A stretch of 63,831 nt of DNA, the filler included, from Octopus bimaculoides (Eukaryota): assembly GCF_001194135.2 (NCBI RefSeq). It is 4 parts of 4 records of this genome, joined end to end, with 100 filler letters (N's around TTAATTAATTAA, not from the genome) between each part and the next. Parts side by side here need not be neighbours in the genome. Positions count along the whole stretch, not along the records: positions 1 to 30,907 come from NC_068988.1; 3 more parts are not named here. One strand, written 5' to 3'. The position numbers and the translations under genes were made by a program. Of the stretch, positions 1-12,560 are shown piece by piece. Each line of letters begins with the position of its first letter. The stretch's first letter is position 1. The notes beneath the pieces are model-generated. The model ran no database searches. It was given only the letters and a program-made list of their open reading frames with translations, and was not told the DNA's origin.

Positions 1-29
1 TATATATATATATGTATGTATATATATAT

Positions 30-661
30 ATATATTATTTTGTTTAAAAGAGTTCCAACACTGTCTGTTTTTTATGTCTTATTTATATTCCTGCAAAACC
101 AATGTGGGATATAGAATATGGAATATACAATATATAATATAATATACAATATATAATATAAAATAAAAATGGATGGTACAATGAAATAAAGTATTGAATG
201 TCTTATTGAATATATGGAATATATCTTATTGAATAGATGAAATATTGAGTGTTCAATATAAAGGATTAAATATATAAAGGCTTATATGCATGAATGTATG
301 TATATGTACACAGATGCATACATAGATACATACATATATATGTACCTATGTATGCATCTGTGTACATATATATATATACACACACACACATATATATATA
401 TAAAGGCCTTTATATATTTAATCCTTTATATTGAACACTCAATATTTCATCTATTCAATAAGACATATTCCATATATTCAATAAGACATATTCCATATAT
501 TCAATAAGACATTCAATACTTTATTTCATTGTACCATCCATTTTTATTTTATATTATATATTGTATATTCCATATTCTATATCCCACATTGGTTTTGCAG
601 GAATATAAATAAGACATAAAAAACAGACAGTGTTGGAACTCTTTTAAACAAAATAATATAT
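30..661. repeat. Large near-perfect inverted repeat (arms ~30-281 and ~406-661) around a microsatellite spacer
   Basis: TATATTATTTTGTTTAAAAGAGTTCCAACACTGTC... at 31 is the reverse complement of ...GACAGTGTTGGAACTCTTTTAAACAAAATAATATA ending at 660. The match continues inward to AAATATATAAAGGC/GCCTTTATATATTT. Each arm has its own short tandem duplication. Confidence 0.95.
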
Positions 662-1099
662 TCCTCTATACACAATCATACAAAACCCCTTTTTTTGTAT
701 TTATTTTTACTCGCATATATATATATATATATATCACTGCCATAAGTTTAGAATTTGAGTAGACTTTTTAAAGTTTACAAATAAAATTGATAATCAATAC
801 ATACAATAATATAAAGGAGTAAACTTTGAAGGTTTTAAAGATCTGCCTGATAATAATACCTATATTTAGAATATTTTCTCAAAAGTCATTTGTTTTGAAT
901 TCCACAACTCAGTAAGTTTAGAATCACAAACAAAAAATTGTGGAAATGATTCCAGATGAGTCTACAGTATGATCGATTGTATTATGCTAGTTGATGGGAA
1001 GGCAGCAGAGCTTGTAACCTACAAAACATATCCGCATTGTTCCATTTCATGAGGTGGTGGTGGTGGTTGTGGCATTGATACAGAGGCATCATTTTGTAT

Positions 1100-1960
1100 C
1101 TGAATCACAGTCCATCTAGGAAGGCAGTTTCCATATACAAAGACATCGGCAGTTACTGTGACCCCATTTAAAATGACAAACCCTTGAAAATGTTTCAACT
1201 GATAAGACTCATTCATAGACTCTCAGAGGCAAACTATCAAGTGAATGCAGTTGACATGCAAAATTTGGACATGTGCAACATACTGGGATTATCAGTGACA
1301 TCTGTTTGCAAACAGTTAAAGTTTTTTAGAATACATGGGGACGCCACTCACAGAACTCACACGTAGACTGTCCAACTACTTCGAATGAACCTTCTGAACA
1401 GTTGAATGAATTTGTTTCTTGGGGGTGATCTTACTGCTAACTTCCTGTGCATCTATTACATTGTGTTCAATGTTTGTAATGTGTACAGAGTTATTACATA
1501 CCGAGTGTGACCATCTCTCTGTTTGTAACTAAAGCCTTTTCCTACTAAGTCTGACTTTGAGGCCTCTTGATTTTAGACCTCATTGCACAGGATGTTTTCT
1601 CTTTCCTCTTCAACTGATTTAATTTTGAGAGATAGATCGTCGACATTTAGCTTTTCCTATGGCCTTGTTAATTTCATTGCTGGCTCACTTTATTGACTTG
1701 CACGACTATCACCAGCCATGCCACTAACTCTTGTTCATTGAGATCCACCTATTTATTAAGAATGGTACTCTGTCAGAAACTTTGTTTGTATCAACAAAAC
1801 CAGGTAGATGGGTTTGCTGTTGGCTTTAAGAGATGGAACTACTGAGAAAAGACGTGGTGAACCCACATTCTGGCACAAACCCAAACTTGGGCTTCTGTAG
1901 CATGTCTTTGCAAACCTTTGTAGGTTTCATGTTCATGTTGTGTATATTAATCAAGTACAC
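1100..1960 (-). mobile_element. Old, heavily decayed RTE-clade LINE reverse transcriptase relic
   Basis: Minus-strand translation gives PKFGFVPECG, KPIYL/GFVD.NKVSDRVP and LKSRGLKVRL, collinear with the better preserved RTE copies at 38-39 kb and 49 kb. Many stops and frameshifts. Confidence 0.6.
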
Positions 1961-2031
1961 TTATTTTGATCCATCTCTTCCCAATTACATCCACTTGAGA
2001 AGTTGAACCAAGAACTGCAAGTTTACAAAGA

Positions 2032-2447
2032 TACGAGATAGTATCAAAACGTTCATGGACTAGTTCTGTAGCGTACCACCAGATGGCAGCACACGGTTGC
2101 GTGCACAGTGAAAGCTAGCAGTGACCTTCATGAGGCAGTGTGGACATCACTGTGTTTACTTCACAAGTTGTGGAATTTGTGTTTTTGTGATCACGTGCAT
2201 GCTGTTGTCTACAATTTTTTTTATGGACAGGAAGTTGGAACAAAGGACCAATGTGAAATTTTGCGTTAAACTTGGGAAGTCTGCTATAGAGGCATTGAGC
2301 ATGCTTCAGCAAGCTTGCAGTGATGAGTCAATGGGTCGTACTCAATGTTTCGATGGATCAATCAAGAGCATATTCAGCGTTTTTTCTGGCATCTGCAGTA
2401 TTGTGCATCGATAATTCATCCCTCAGAGACAGACCGTCAATCGAGAG
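2032..2447 (+). mobile_element. Internally deleted mariner (Tc1/mariner) element
   Basis: TA+CGAGATAGTATCAAAA mariner-type end. MDRKLEQRTNVKFCVKLGKSAIEALSMLQQACSDESMGRTQCF is a mariner N-terminal HTH, fused directly to KSIFSVFSGICSIVHR*FIPQRQTVNRE from the catalytic domain. Confidence 0.85.
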
Positions 2448-3119
2448 TGCCCAAGAATACCCAAGCATAACTAAATTGCCTCCTGATCGATGAGTTTGCA
2501 ATGATTTGTTTCAAGTACAAACTGAAGGTATTGATACATGTGAAAGTAAGTACAACAAAACTGGGATTTGATTGAGACAGTTATTGCTGAATTTGAAAAG
2601 TTAAAAGCACAATACACAAACATTCGATATCCAGGGAATCAATCTGTCTGCAGGCATAGATGCGTGGTTAAGAAAGTTGCTTTGCAATTATATGGTTTTA
2701 GGTTTCAATTCCACTATATGTCAACATGACCAAGTGTCTTTGATTATATCTTCAGGCTGACCAATGACTTATGAATGGAATTTTGGACATATATAGATAT
2801 ATATACATTTGTAAGATGATTCCATGTATGTATAAGGAGCAGAGAGAGAGAGAGTATACTAAAATTAGAGTGCTCTTAAACACAAGGAAGTAAATGCTGT
2901 TCGTTGGACTATTATGGGCACATGCTATTCTGTTCCGGCAGATGTGTGCAGTTTCCCAGCAGAATTTTACCTTTCTGGTTAGAAGTTGTGCACGACTGCT
3001 GGTAGTGGGTTAAAGAACTTACTCTTCTGTAACGCTCATGTGTTGATTCTTCTCAAGGCAAAAGGCGAAGTATTGCAAAAAATAAAGAAAAAAGAAGAGT
3101 GAGAGAGAAAAAAAAACTG

Positions 3120-3323
3120 ATAACGGCAGCTGAGATACAGTCGGTGATGAATGATGTTGTGAAAGTCAAATTGTCTGATTTAGATAGTCTACTCTAGGAG
3201 TTTTAGAGCTACATGTCAGGCCTATTTGCTCCACTCTTAGCAAGCGTCTATCACAACTAAAAGCTTATTGGGAATATTCTCAGTTGTATTAGCTAGGGAG
3301 TGATGGTCTTGCTGAAAAAGGAA
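3120..3323 (+). mobile_element. L1/Tx1-type LINE RT N-terminal relic
   Basis: ITAAEIQSVMND...DLDSLL*EF*SYMSGLFAPLLASVYHN*...GVMVLLKK parallels the copy at 26640-26755. Confidence 0.55.
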
Positions 3324-3701
3324 GTGAACATCATAAATAATATCTGGTTTATAACACTACTAAATGAAACGCTTAAGATTTTGGCCATGGTGTAGCACAT
3401 TTAACGGTGACATTCTGGCTTGTTCTGTGGTTCTGTTGCTAGTGCATGTGTGTGTGTGTATCGTACCAACGTTGCTGGAATGAGTTATTGGTTAGTTTAC
3501 AGATGGCTGTGCATAATAATTTAATAACACTAAGCAAACATTTAAATATAATTTATTATCGTTGCACAAATCATATGAAGCTGGTCATGCATTACAAATA
3601 TATACAAAGTTCAGCAAGATAAAAGAAATATAATATAACATGCAAAATAGCTGGATATCAGAATTTACCACTGGGACTGGAAAAAACGTAAAGAATATAT
3701 A

Positions 3702-4649
3702 TGTAGTGAAACTACCTATCACCATTATATACAAAACCATCTATCGCCATTATATTCAAACAGACCATCTTCTCTCACTATAAATATGACAGACGCGAGC
3801 GTAGTAGAAAACATCTCTTTCCTTGTCATCACCTGACTGACTATTATTTGAAGCGGCAACTGCTTCGTACCGTTCCCGCCAGAACGTAAACTGACCAATC
3901 ACAGCCCCTAATAAGGTCACGTGATAGTGTTTTTCTAATGCCTCCATCGGAGCCTACTTTCAGCTATAAATAGCCTGCTAGATACCCAGCTAATTCGTCG
4001 CGGTTCAGATCTCTTAGAGACCTGTTCCGTGTACCACACNNNNNNNNNNNNNNNNNNNNNNNNNNNNNNNNNNNNNNNNNNNNNNNNNNNNNNNNNNNNN
4101 NNNNNNNNNNNNNNNNNNNNNNNNNNNNNNNNNNNNNNNNNNNNNNNNNNNNNNNNNTTCTACGTACACCAGCTACCAACAGCTAACCGCGGCATTTCTC
4201 TCTTCGATTCTGTTTGTGTGATTCACCTTCGCCACGAAATAACAGCCAAGAGCCCAGCCTGCGAAGAACGTCTGTACTCAAGAACCCGGCTTGGCATGGA
4301 AGCCCTAACATCACGACGAGTGATCGCTTGCCCCACACACCTCAACTTCTTACATACAGACTCTTACTATTGTGTACTCTAAGAACTGGCAAATTCTTAT
4401 ATGTGTTACTGACTCTTTTTCTATTTACTGTATCTCACGCATACACATACATGTATCACTTATACGCACTCTTTTCTTTACACGACGGCCTGTCTTTTAT
4501 TGTGTTTTCATTATGTCGCACTCACACTCACACACAGACATACATTTTAATGCTACAATAAATAATACTATTATTCATCTTCATACGGTTGTGTTCTATC
4601 GTCTTCATTACTGGCATTTACGAAATCTCTATGTTATCGAAGTATAACA
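3702..4649 (+). mobile_element. Probable solo LTR (TGT...ACA ends)
   Basis: Starts TGTAGTG at 3702 and ends TATAACA at 4649, with flanks TATA/TATT. Contains CCAAT, CACGTG, TATA box and a downstream AATAAA (~4557). CpG-rich and non-coding; interrupted by an N gap. Confidence 0.5.
3893..3972 (+). promoter_or_regulatory. Pol II promoter motif set: CCAAT box (3895-3899), GTCACGTGA E-box (3916-3924), TATAAATA (3965-3972)
   Basis: Three consensus motifs in canonical order and spacing within 80 bp. Confidence 0.55.
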
Positions 4650-4763
4650 TATTTATATCATCTTTGATATATTTTTGTGTTCGACCGTGTGACGCGTTTA
4701 AGAAAGGAGCCCTGTTTTTCCATTCGTCACCATTTCTCCTTTTTGGGTTCGCACGGTCGTTCT

Positions 4764-4829
<66 letters not shown>

Positions 4830-5434
4830 CGCCGCTTCATGTCTGTCATAAAAAATTGCATATCAGTTTAGGCAAGCAGTCGTTAAAACGACTTGGCATA
4901 TGTGGAGACAGTCATTCAGGCTTGATGTCTATAACACTCTACAAATTGGCGCATAAATTAACTCTATTTATAGCCGTTGGAGGAGAAAGTTCCAGGGTCT
5001 TCCAGAATAATTTTTTACGAGATCTCTGGGTTTTTGATTGGACAATAACTCGGCTGAACACATGCCACTTCCATATTGTCGATTGAAATCCGTAATGAGT
5101 TCGCACCCTGCTTCAGTTCTTCATTGGTAGAGAGTTATTTCCCTAACTTCGCGTGACAGGAGCTGTCCACACCGTAGTCTCCTGGAAAAAGGGAAGAGTT
5201 TTCTGGCCGTAATGTTCCCTGTAGTTTATATCAATTCCTGACACTAGAAACGTGGTGTCCACTCTGGTGTCATTTTAATCTTCAGTCTATATTACCTGGA
5301 TAGAAATCTAGAAGGTTATAACTCTTTGAATTGAACCTGATCTTGACTTAGAATTTAAGACATTTCATTGGTGGTGCATATTTTGCAATATAAAGTGGAT
5401 CAATAATGGGCAATTCTAGAGGACTTTCAACCTA

Positions 5435-5660
5435 GAGACAATGGACAACTTCCAGAAATCCCTGGCCTGACAGTGTTATCCGTAGAACATTGCTAGCACA
5501 TAAGTATTGTCAGCTGAACCTGCTGTGTGGACAGCAATGGAACTATTCTGAATCCACTCGTTTGGAATGTGAGCGTTGCTGACTTATGCAGTTATGTTGA
5601 ATAGATGTTGTACGAAGCACGGATTTCACTATCAGTTATGTCTGTTGTGCGGGTCACATC
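5435..5660 (+). mobile_element. L1/Tx1-type LINE C-terminal (zf-RVT region) relic
   Basis: MDNFQKSLA*QCY... and TILNPLV..VADLCSYVE*ML..RISLS..SVV; multiple stops. Confidence 0.5.
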
Positions 5661-6059
5661 AACGCCAGAGAGGATCAGTGGAGTTTTCTGATTTACTTTA
5701 GGTAGGTGTTTATCTATTCGGATCCTTTACTACTTTTTATATTGGTGTGTTTGATTACTATAAAAATGGAAAGATTTGTCCTCATTGAGATCTCATCGCT
5801 TTTATGTAAACCGCCTCCATTTCATTTTTTTTTCCTTGTAATTTGTTCTTGTAATGCCCTTTTCATACGTCACTCTTGTGGCAAATGCAGGAAGGATCCT
5901 CCTCCTCCTCCTCCTCCTCCTCGTTGTTGTTATCTTACCGTATTTAGAGTACACATACTCTACACCCAATCAAATCTATTTAGGTAACTCTGGGTAGATT
6001 TATGATTATAAGCCAGTCCTTTGTTGTTTATTTTTTTTTACCAATTATTGATAATATAT

Positions 6060-6375
6060 TTTTTTATGAAATATGTATGCTTCCTAAGAGAACTGCTTCT
6101 AAAATTCACAGACAAAACGTTTACCAGACAGTTCTTCGATTTTCAGCTTTGTATCACGCTTCACTGCTTCAAATGCTCCCATGACTACTGGGAATGTTCG
6201 TATGTACGTCCACATTTCAGATTTTTCAATATTTCTATTTCCAGCTCTTTATATTTATAGAATTTTTTTTCATTTTTCAACCTCATTTACCGAGATGTTA
6301 TTGTCTGGTTGGTAAGCCACATCAATAATTATACAAGATCTCCATATCATGTCTTTTCTTACAACAGACGGTTAA
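6060..6375 (-). mobile_element. R4/Dong-type non-LTR retrotransposon, restriction-like endonuclease (RLE) relic
   Basis: SCIIIDVAYQPDNNISVNEVEK / KYKELEIEI / MW..RTFPVVMGAF matches the RLE pattern C.IID.A.P.D.N...KE.EK..KY.EL..E...W...PVV.GA. Confidence 0.75.
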
Positions 6376-7289
6376 TTCATGTTCTAATATTCCACATCTT
6401 CTCTGTTTCTCTTTCCAAGTTGTTGCTGTTATTGTTTAGCCCCAGGTTAACCTGAATCATCAAACCTATAACCGAAAGATTTCCAGCCATGAACATCCTG
6501 GATCTTCTTTTCCTTTTATACCAGGGTGTAGTGAACTTCATGCAGGCATAGCGTGGATTCGATCCTCAATCGCCAAATTTCACTTAACAGTACAACGGAC
6601 TTTTCCCATAGAGAAACATTAAGTTGCCAAGAGTGACATTCAACAGATGTCTTCCCTAAGCTGATTTATGTCTTTGCTACTTGACCTCTGCTAACCTTTT
6701 TGTATGTGGTGGAGAGTTAAATTGACAGAACAATAGACCTCCCAAAATACCCATTGTTTGGATAACGGTATGTCTCTCTTTCTCGCGATCTTGTGATAAT
6801 TATATATACAGAAGATTCCCAAGCAAAAATTAGTTAGTGAGAACGGAGTTTGTATGACCGGCTGAACAAAACACCGTCTCAAAAGGAAAAGGTACAAAAG
6901 AACAACTATGGTAACTCACCAACGACGCAGTTGTTTCGCCCCACCACTCTCACTTTCACTAACTCACTTTCTTTTCTCTGTAACATGACCATATCTCTCT
7001 CTGTATACTACTATGAGATCGTGTACACACATACCGGCCGAAATTAACTCTTTTTATCTCGCATGCTTTTCCATTTACTAATTATACATACCAGCCCGTC
7101 GTGGTTTTGGATATATACAAAGTAACGGTAAAAAAAAATCTCTTTACAATTTCAATCACTCTTCTTCTTCCATCTTGCATACTGGCAACCAACACCTTAA
7201 CAACACAACCGTTACAAGGGAATATACTCTCCGAAGTAACTTCCGTTATTTGAAATGATACTGTGTGATTTAAAGACAATTTAGCGGCA

Positions 7290-8027
7290 TTTCTCCCAGC
7301 TTTTTACATTCTGATTTCTAATTGTGTCGAGGTCGATATTACCATTCATCGATGAAATAAGTACCAGTTGAGCACTGGAGTGGATGAAAGCGAGTAGCCC
7401 CTTCACTCCAAATTTCAGGCATTTCAGTAGAAAGGATTATCTGATGGAATCGTTAGTGTGCCGGGCAAAATACTTACCGACATTCCAACCTTCTTTACGC
7501 CCTAGGTTCAAATTCCGCTGATGTCAACTTTACCTTTCATCCTTCTAATGAAGTTAAATCCGAATGATCATATGAAAATGTCTCTAGAAGATATTATAAA
7601 CGGTCTCGCTGAGGTCACCAACTTCATATCCTACTTATATTCGATGCATATCCGAGTTTAAAAATCCTGGAATCTGTGATTAAAAGCGTGATACCAGTCG
7701 TGGCGAAAATAGCGATTGACTTCGAAAAGGATCATCAAAGGGACAAAGGCGGTTCTTATCACTCCCATGTATGGTCTTTCAATTCTCATTCGTTTACAGG
7801 AAGCCGACGTGTAAAATCAAGATGGTCGTACAACTTGCTTAGTAGCATTTGTTCCAGATCTTTATGCTCTTAGTTCAAATTCCGCCGATGTCGACTTTAC
7901 CTTTCATCTTTTCAGGTGAATTGTAGGTTGGTGGACTGACAGAATCATTAGCACGTCATACAAATTGCTTAGTAGCATTTGTTCCAGATCTTTATGCTCT
8001 TAGTTCAAATTCCGTCGTTGGTCAACT
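7290..8027. mobile_element. Cluster of degraded tRNA-derived SINE copies (family with CCTTTCATCCTTTCGGGGTCGATAAA core)
   Basis: Repeated GTTCAAATTCCGCCGA.GTCGACTTT.CCTTTCATC blocks; a 50-bp identical duplication at 7835-7884 and 7965-8014. Confidence 0.8.
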
Positions 8028-8715
8028 TTCACAGATCACAAACCACTCACCTTTGCTATGAGCAAGCTCTCAGAGCCTTGGTCTGCACGCCAGCAACGAC
8101 AGCTGTCGGCCATTTCCGAGTACACCACCGACATCCAACACATAGCCGGCAAAGGCAACCCAGTTGCCAACACACTCTCTCATGCTCCTACCTGCCCTCA
8201 TACCTACCTAGAACCAATAACAGAAGGCCTAGATTACGAAGCTATGCCTGCAACCCAACAGAGATGACGAGATCCAGGCCTACCGCACTACCATCACATT
8301 ACGTTCTTTGCAGGATGTACACTTTGACTCTAATGGCACAACCATACTGTGTGACGTATCCACTGGGAAGCCACGGTCAATCGTCCCATCAGCCTGGTGC
8401 AAGAAAGTTTTCGACGTCATTCACGGACTTTCCCACCCAGGTACTAAAGCTACACAACGGCTGCTGTCAAGCAAATATATCTGGCACAGTATGGCCAAGC
8501 AAATCGGGGACTTGACCAAGACCTGCATCCCCTGTCAAGAAGCCAAGGTCCATCAACACACCAAAGCACCCCTCGGCAACTATGAACCAACTCAGGCCCG
8601 ATTCAGCCATGTCAACATCGACCTTGTCGGTCCCCTACCACCTTCACAGGGTTACTCGTATCTACTGACCTTGGTAGACAACTACACCCGTTGGCCTGAA
8701 GCTATCCCTCTCCAC
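8028..8715 (+). mobile_element. Ty3/Gypsy pol fragment: RNase H end, integrase HHCC zinc finger and start of catalytic core
   Basis: FTDHKPL...WSARQQRQLSAISEYTTDIQHIAGKGNPVANTLS, one frameshift near 8265, then IHGLSHPG...CIPCQ...FSHVNIDLVGPLPPSQGYSYLLTLVDNYTRWPEAIPL. Confidence 0.95.
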
Positions 8716-9244
8716 AGGACAATTAAAACCCCTTCTTGTTTCCAATGAAAGTCAACAGTTCTGGCGGGGAGCTATGTAGGGCAGAATTCATGACAGACGA
8801 ACTGTAGACAGGAACTTCGCTGCGGGCTAGCTAGAAAGTCGGTGAGCAGCAAAAAGGACTTCCAGTGGGAGAAGAAGAACAAAAAGAATGTCAGTAGTGA
8901 GCGTTAAATGAATCTGAATTAACTAAACAGTAATAACTGGCGACTTAAGCCCTGACGTACGTAAAATGATAAACCTTTGATGTCGACTTCGGCGGAACTT
9001 TAATCCAAAACCTAAAGACAGACGAAATGTCGCTAAGCATTTTATCCGGCATGCTAATGATTCTGCCAATTCGTCGCCTATGCCACAAACCTATTTAGGC
9101 AGTGACTTTGAGGGTAGGATTTAGTTGTTACCATCGACCTCAGTACATGATTGGCTTTTATCAACCCCGAAAGGATGACAAGTAAAGTTGAACTCTGTGA
9201 GAGCCGAACTCAGAACGTAAAGAGCAGTTATAAATGCTCTAAGA

Positions 9245-9545
9245 CAGTGCTACTCAAAGTGGTGTCCGAGGACCGGTGCCGGTCCGCTCGCCATCAGCTG
9301 CTGGTACACGGCGAGTTTCCAGAAAAGAAAGAAACATTATAAAATGCTTATGTAATGTTGTATTATTTGTTTACAAAATAAATATAAGATAATAACAATT
9401 GTTAACTTTTATTATATTCATTATATATATATATTGTTTCCGATATAAATTAATATTACAAAGGAATATTACCGGTCCCTGGCACATTGGGCAAAAAGAA
9501 AAAAAAACTGCCTGTACGTCACATCAAATAGTTTGAGAAAGACTG
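9245..9545 (+). mobile_element. hAT (Charlie-like) MITE with 8-bp TSD
   Basis: Ends CAGTGCTACTCAAAGT / AGTTTGAGAAAGACTG; flanks CTCTAAGA (9237-9244) and CTCTAAGG (9546-9553). Confidence 0.8.
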
Positions 9546-11509
9546 CTCTAAGGTACTTTTCTGATGCTCAAACAATTTTGCCTGCTCGTCGCCTTTTGTA
9601 GTCCTTTCTCCTCCAGTAACATAAAGGCAGTAAGTTTTGGAGAGGGAGGCTAGTCAATTACACTGATCCTAGTATTTAACTGCTTCTTATTTTATCGATT
9701 CCGATGTGCGAAAGGTAAAGTTGGCCCCGGCAGAATTTGAATTCAGAAAGTAATGCTGGAAGAAATGCTGCTAAGCAATTTGTCTTGCCTTGTTAATGAT
9801 TCCAACAACTCACCGGCCTTTGATGCTTTCTACTATAGGCACAAGGCTTAAAAAATTAGACGACAGGGCTAGTCAATTAAATCGATATCCAGTGTGCAAT
9901 TAGTTCTTATTTTATCAGCATCAAAAAGATGAAAAACAAAGTCTACCTCGGTGCTGTTTCAATTCAGAACGTAAAGGGAAGGAAGATGCGACGTAAGGCA
10001 TTTTTAACTGACGGGCAAACGATTCTTGCTATTTCGCTGCCTTTAATTAAAATAGCAACAACACAACGCAAGAAAAAAGAGCATTAAACTTAGCACGTCT
10101 AAGTAAGAAAGTTCAGTAAGAAAGTTTAGTAACTAACATAATGAAATGTGCAGTTCTATATAATGAAATGTGTACAGACATCTATAATGAAATATGTACA
10201 GACATCTATAAAGTACGACGTCAGAAATTAAACAGAGACATATAAATCATACAAGCTGAGAGCAAACCACAAACCAGCAGGATGACGCTGGCATTATAAA
10301 TAATTTCACAATTAGACATAATAATTGTTAATTGAACACCGAATGTCTGAAATGTATTATTGCAAATTTGATTATCATTTGTTTGATTAATAACCTCATT
10401 CAGAACATTTTACAATATTTACATTTTCGAGGCTACATTCCGATCGTTGTAATCTTCAGCCGGCTTCGGGTCATTTACTCCTTGGTCTTTCTTTTCTATC
10501 TTTTCCTTGTTTCACTCATTGGACTGCGGCCATGCTGGAATAATGCCTTGAAGGGTTTAGTGAGATATTTAGATCTATGTATTGGTATGTAGTACAAGAA
10601 ATAGCTTGGTTTCTTTCTCTAGCATTTTACATAGTTCAACCTACACAAGGGAATATATAAAAGAACAAAATAGGAATTTTGAAAGAAGCATTTATAAAAC
10701 TAGTTTTTAAAGAGCGAATGGCTAGTGTGTGTGTGTGTGTTTTTTTTTTGAGGGGGAGTATCCACCAGAATGAAATAGCAATCAAAGGGGTCCATAGGTA
10801 AAAAAATATTTGGGAACCCTTGGTTTAGTTGAACAAATCGCCTAACCCTGAGTCTGGCACTAATGCTCTTTTGCCGAACCATGAAGTAATGGCCCGTAAA
10901 CAAAGTGACACTGATTGTCAAGTGGCGAGAGGAACACACACACACACACACACACATAGCACCTTGGGTAAGTGTTTTCTACTTCAGCCCCAACCCGACC
11001 AAAGCCTTGTGAGTGGATTTGGTGAACGGAAAGTAAAACAAAGCTTGCTTCCCAACCACATACTTCCAGGTTCAGTTCCACTGTGTGGCACTTGGGCAAG
11101 TCTTTGTGTCTCGCCACCGCTTGATAACGTGTGTTGGTGTGTTTACGCTGCAGTTGGGCAAAAGAGACCGATAGAATAAGTACCAGGCTTAAAGAAACAA
11201 AACTAACTACTGGGGTCGATTCGTTCCACTAAAAGTCTTCAAGGTGGTGCCTCAGCGTGGCTGCAGTCCAGTGAGTAAAACAAGTAAAATATAGGGCACA
11301 CAGTCTAAGATTTTCTGGGAAGGGGTAAGTCGACGGGTACTTATTTTATCCAACCCGAAAAGATGAAAGTCAGAGTTGGCCTTTGAAATAGAGCTTCTCT
11401 ACTGCATGTTTCTTTTATTGTTGCCAAAATGATTCTCTTTGTAAGGTCATTTTTGCTCGTAAAAAACACGTTCTAGTAAAAATTAGGTCTATTTCCCACC
11501 CGTCCCTAC

Positions 11510-11561
<52 letters not shown>

Positions 11562-11834
11562 GCACACACACATACACACACACACACGGGTGAACTTAAA
11601 TTGATTAAGCTGAAGCTATCCGCAGGTCTGAAAAGAACTCGGTACATGTAGAACGTAGAGCAGTCATAGGGAAACTGCAGCACACGAAATTTTCTGAATG
11701 GCACACCTATCGAGAAATTATCTTCAATTATTTTTAGAATTGCAGTTCATTACTCATGCGACCCTCTTCATGAAGAGGGGGAAAAAAAACTACTTGATGT
11801 AGAGAGTATATATTGGTTTCAAATTTTTTCGGTG

Positions 11835-12020
11835 GATGGAGGGGTGGGGGTGTAAGTCGATTACATCGACCCCAGTGCTCAACTAGTACTTAATTTATCG
11901 AACCCGAAAGGATGAAAGGCAAAGTCGACCTCGGCGGAATTTGAACTCAGAACGTAAAGACAGACGAAATACTGTTAAGCATTTTGCCTGGCGCGCTAAC
12001 GTTTCTGCCAGCTCGCCGCC
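11835..12020 (-). mobile_element. tRNA-derived SINE, well-preserved copy with CpGs intact
   Basis: Reverse complement reads GGCGGCGAGCTGGCAGAAACGTTAGCGCGCC...GAGTTCAAATTCCGCCGAGGTCGACTTTGCCTTTCATCCTTTCGGG (A-box, B-box and core). Confidence 0.9.
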
Positions 12021-12229
12021 TTGTAGAGAGTAAATATCACAGAAACAATTTCCTACAAGTTTTAACATGTTTCACTACTCGAGTGCAGTTCCTCGGAGAA
12101 ATGAACGAGTTCTATTATTGTTTCAAAATTCAATACTTTAGCAATACGAAAGTGCGGAGGCAGAAAGAAACCTTAATTAAAATGGAAGACAGAAGAGAGC
12201 AAAGATAAAGAAGGCAAATTTAGTGAGAG

Positions 12230-12560
12230 GGTAGACAGCGGCACAAGCAGTCAGCGCCATATTGGATGGGATCTCGCCGGCAGCCATTGCCATCTCCGAG
12301 ACTGGTGCGAGATCTCACCTGCATCCATTTGCCATGCGCGAGATCACAACAAGGCTCGCAATGGCAAACTGGATATAAGGGCCCGACAAACAGATTCTCT
12401 TCCGCTTCTTCACCGCAAGCGCTTGCTGAACATACATACTCGCTGGCTGGGTCTCAAGGCTAGTCCTTTCCGCACGTCGTATCTCCAGAGGTAATGGGCC
12501 CGCGTTAACGGAGATACAACGAAACGTACACAGGTTGAGATGGTCAACTGACAGCGACAC
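12230..12560. promoter_or_regulatory. Unique CpG-dense segment with YY1-like and CGCGAGAT-like motifs; candidate promoter or first exon
   Basis: GCGCCATATT (~12254), GATCTCGC/GCGAGATC repeats, a plus-strand donor GAG|GTAATG (12490) and a minus-strand donor CAG|GTGAGA (~12318). No recognisable protein. Confidence 0.35.

Noticed and set aside
12334-12378. ATG CGC GAG ATC (MREI, tubulin N-terminal motif)
   Set aside because: Stops after 14 codons and no further tubulin similarity.
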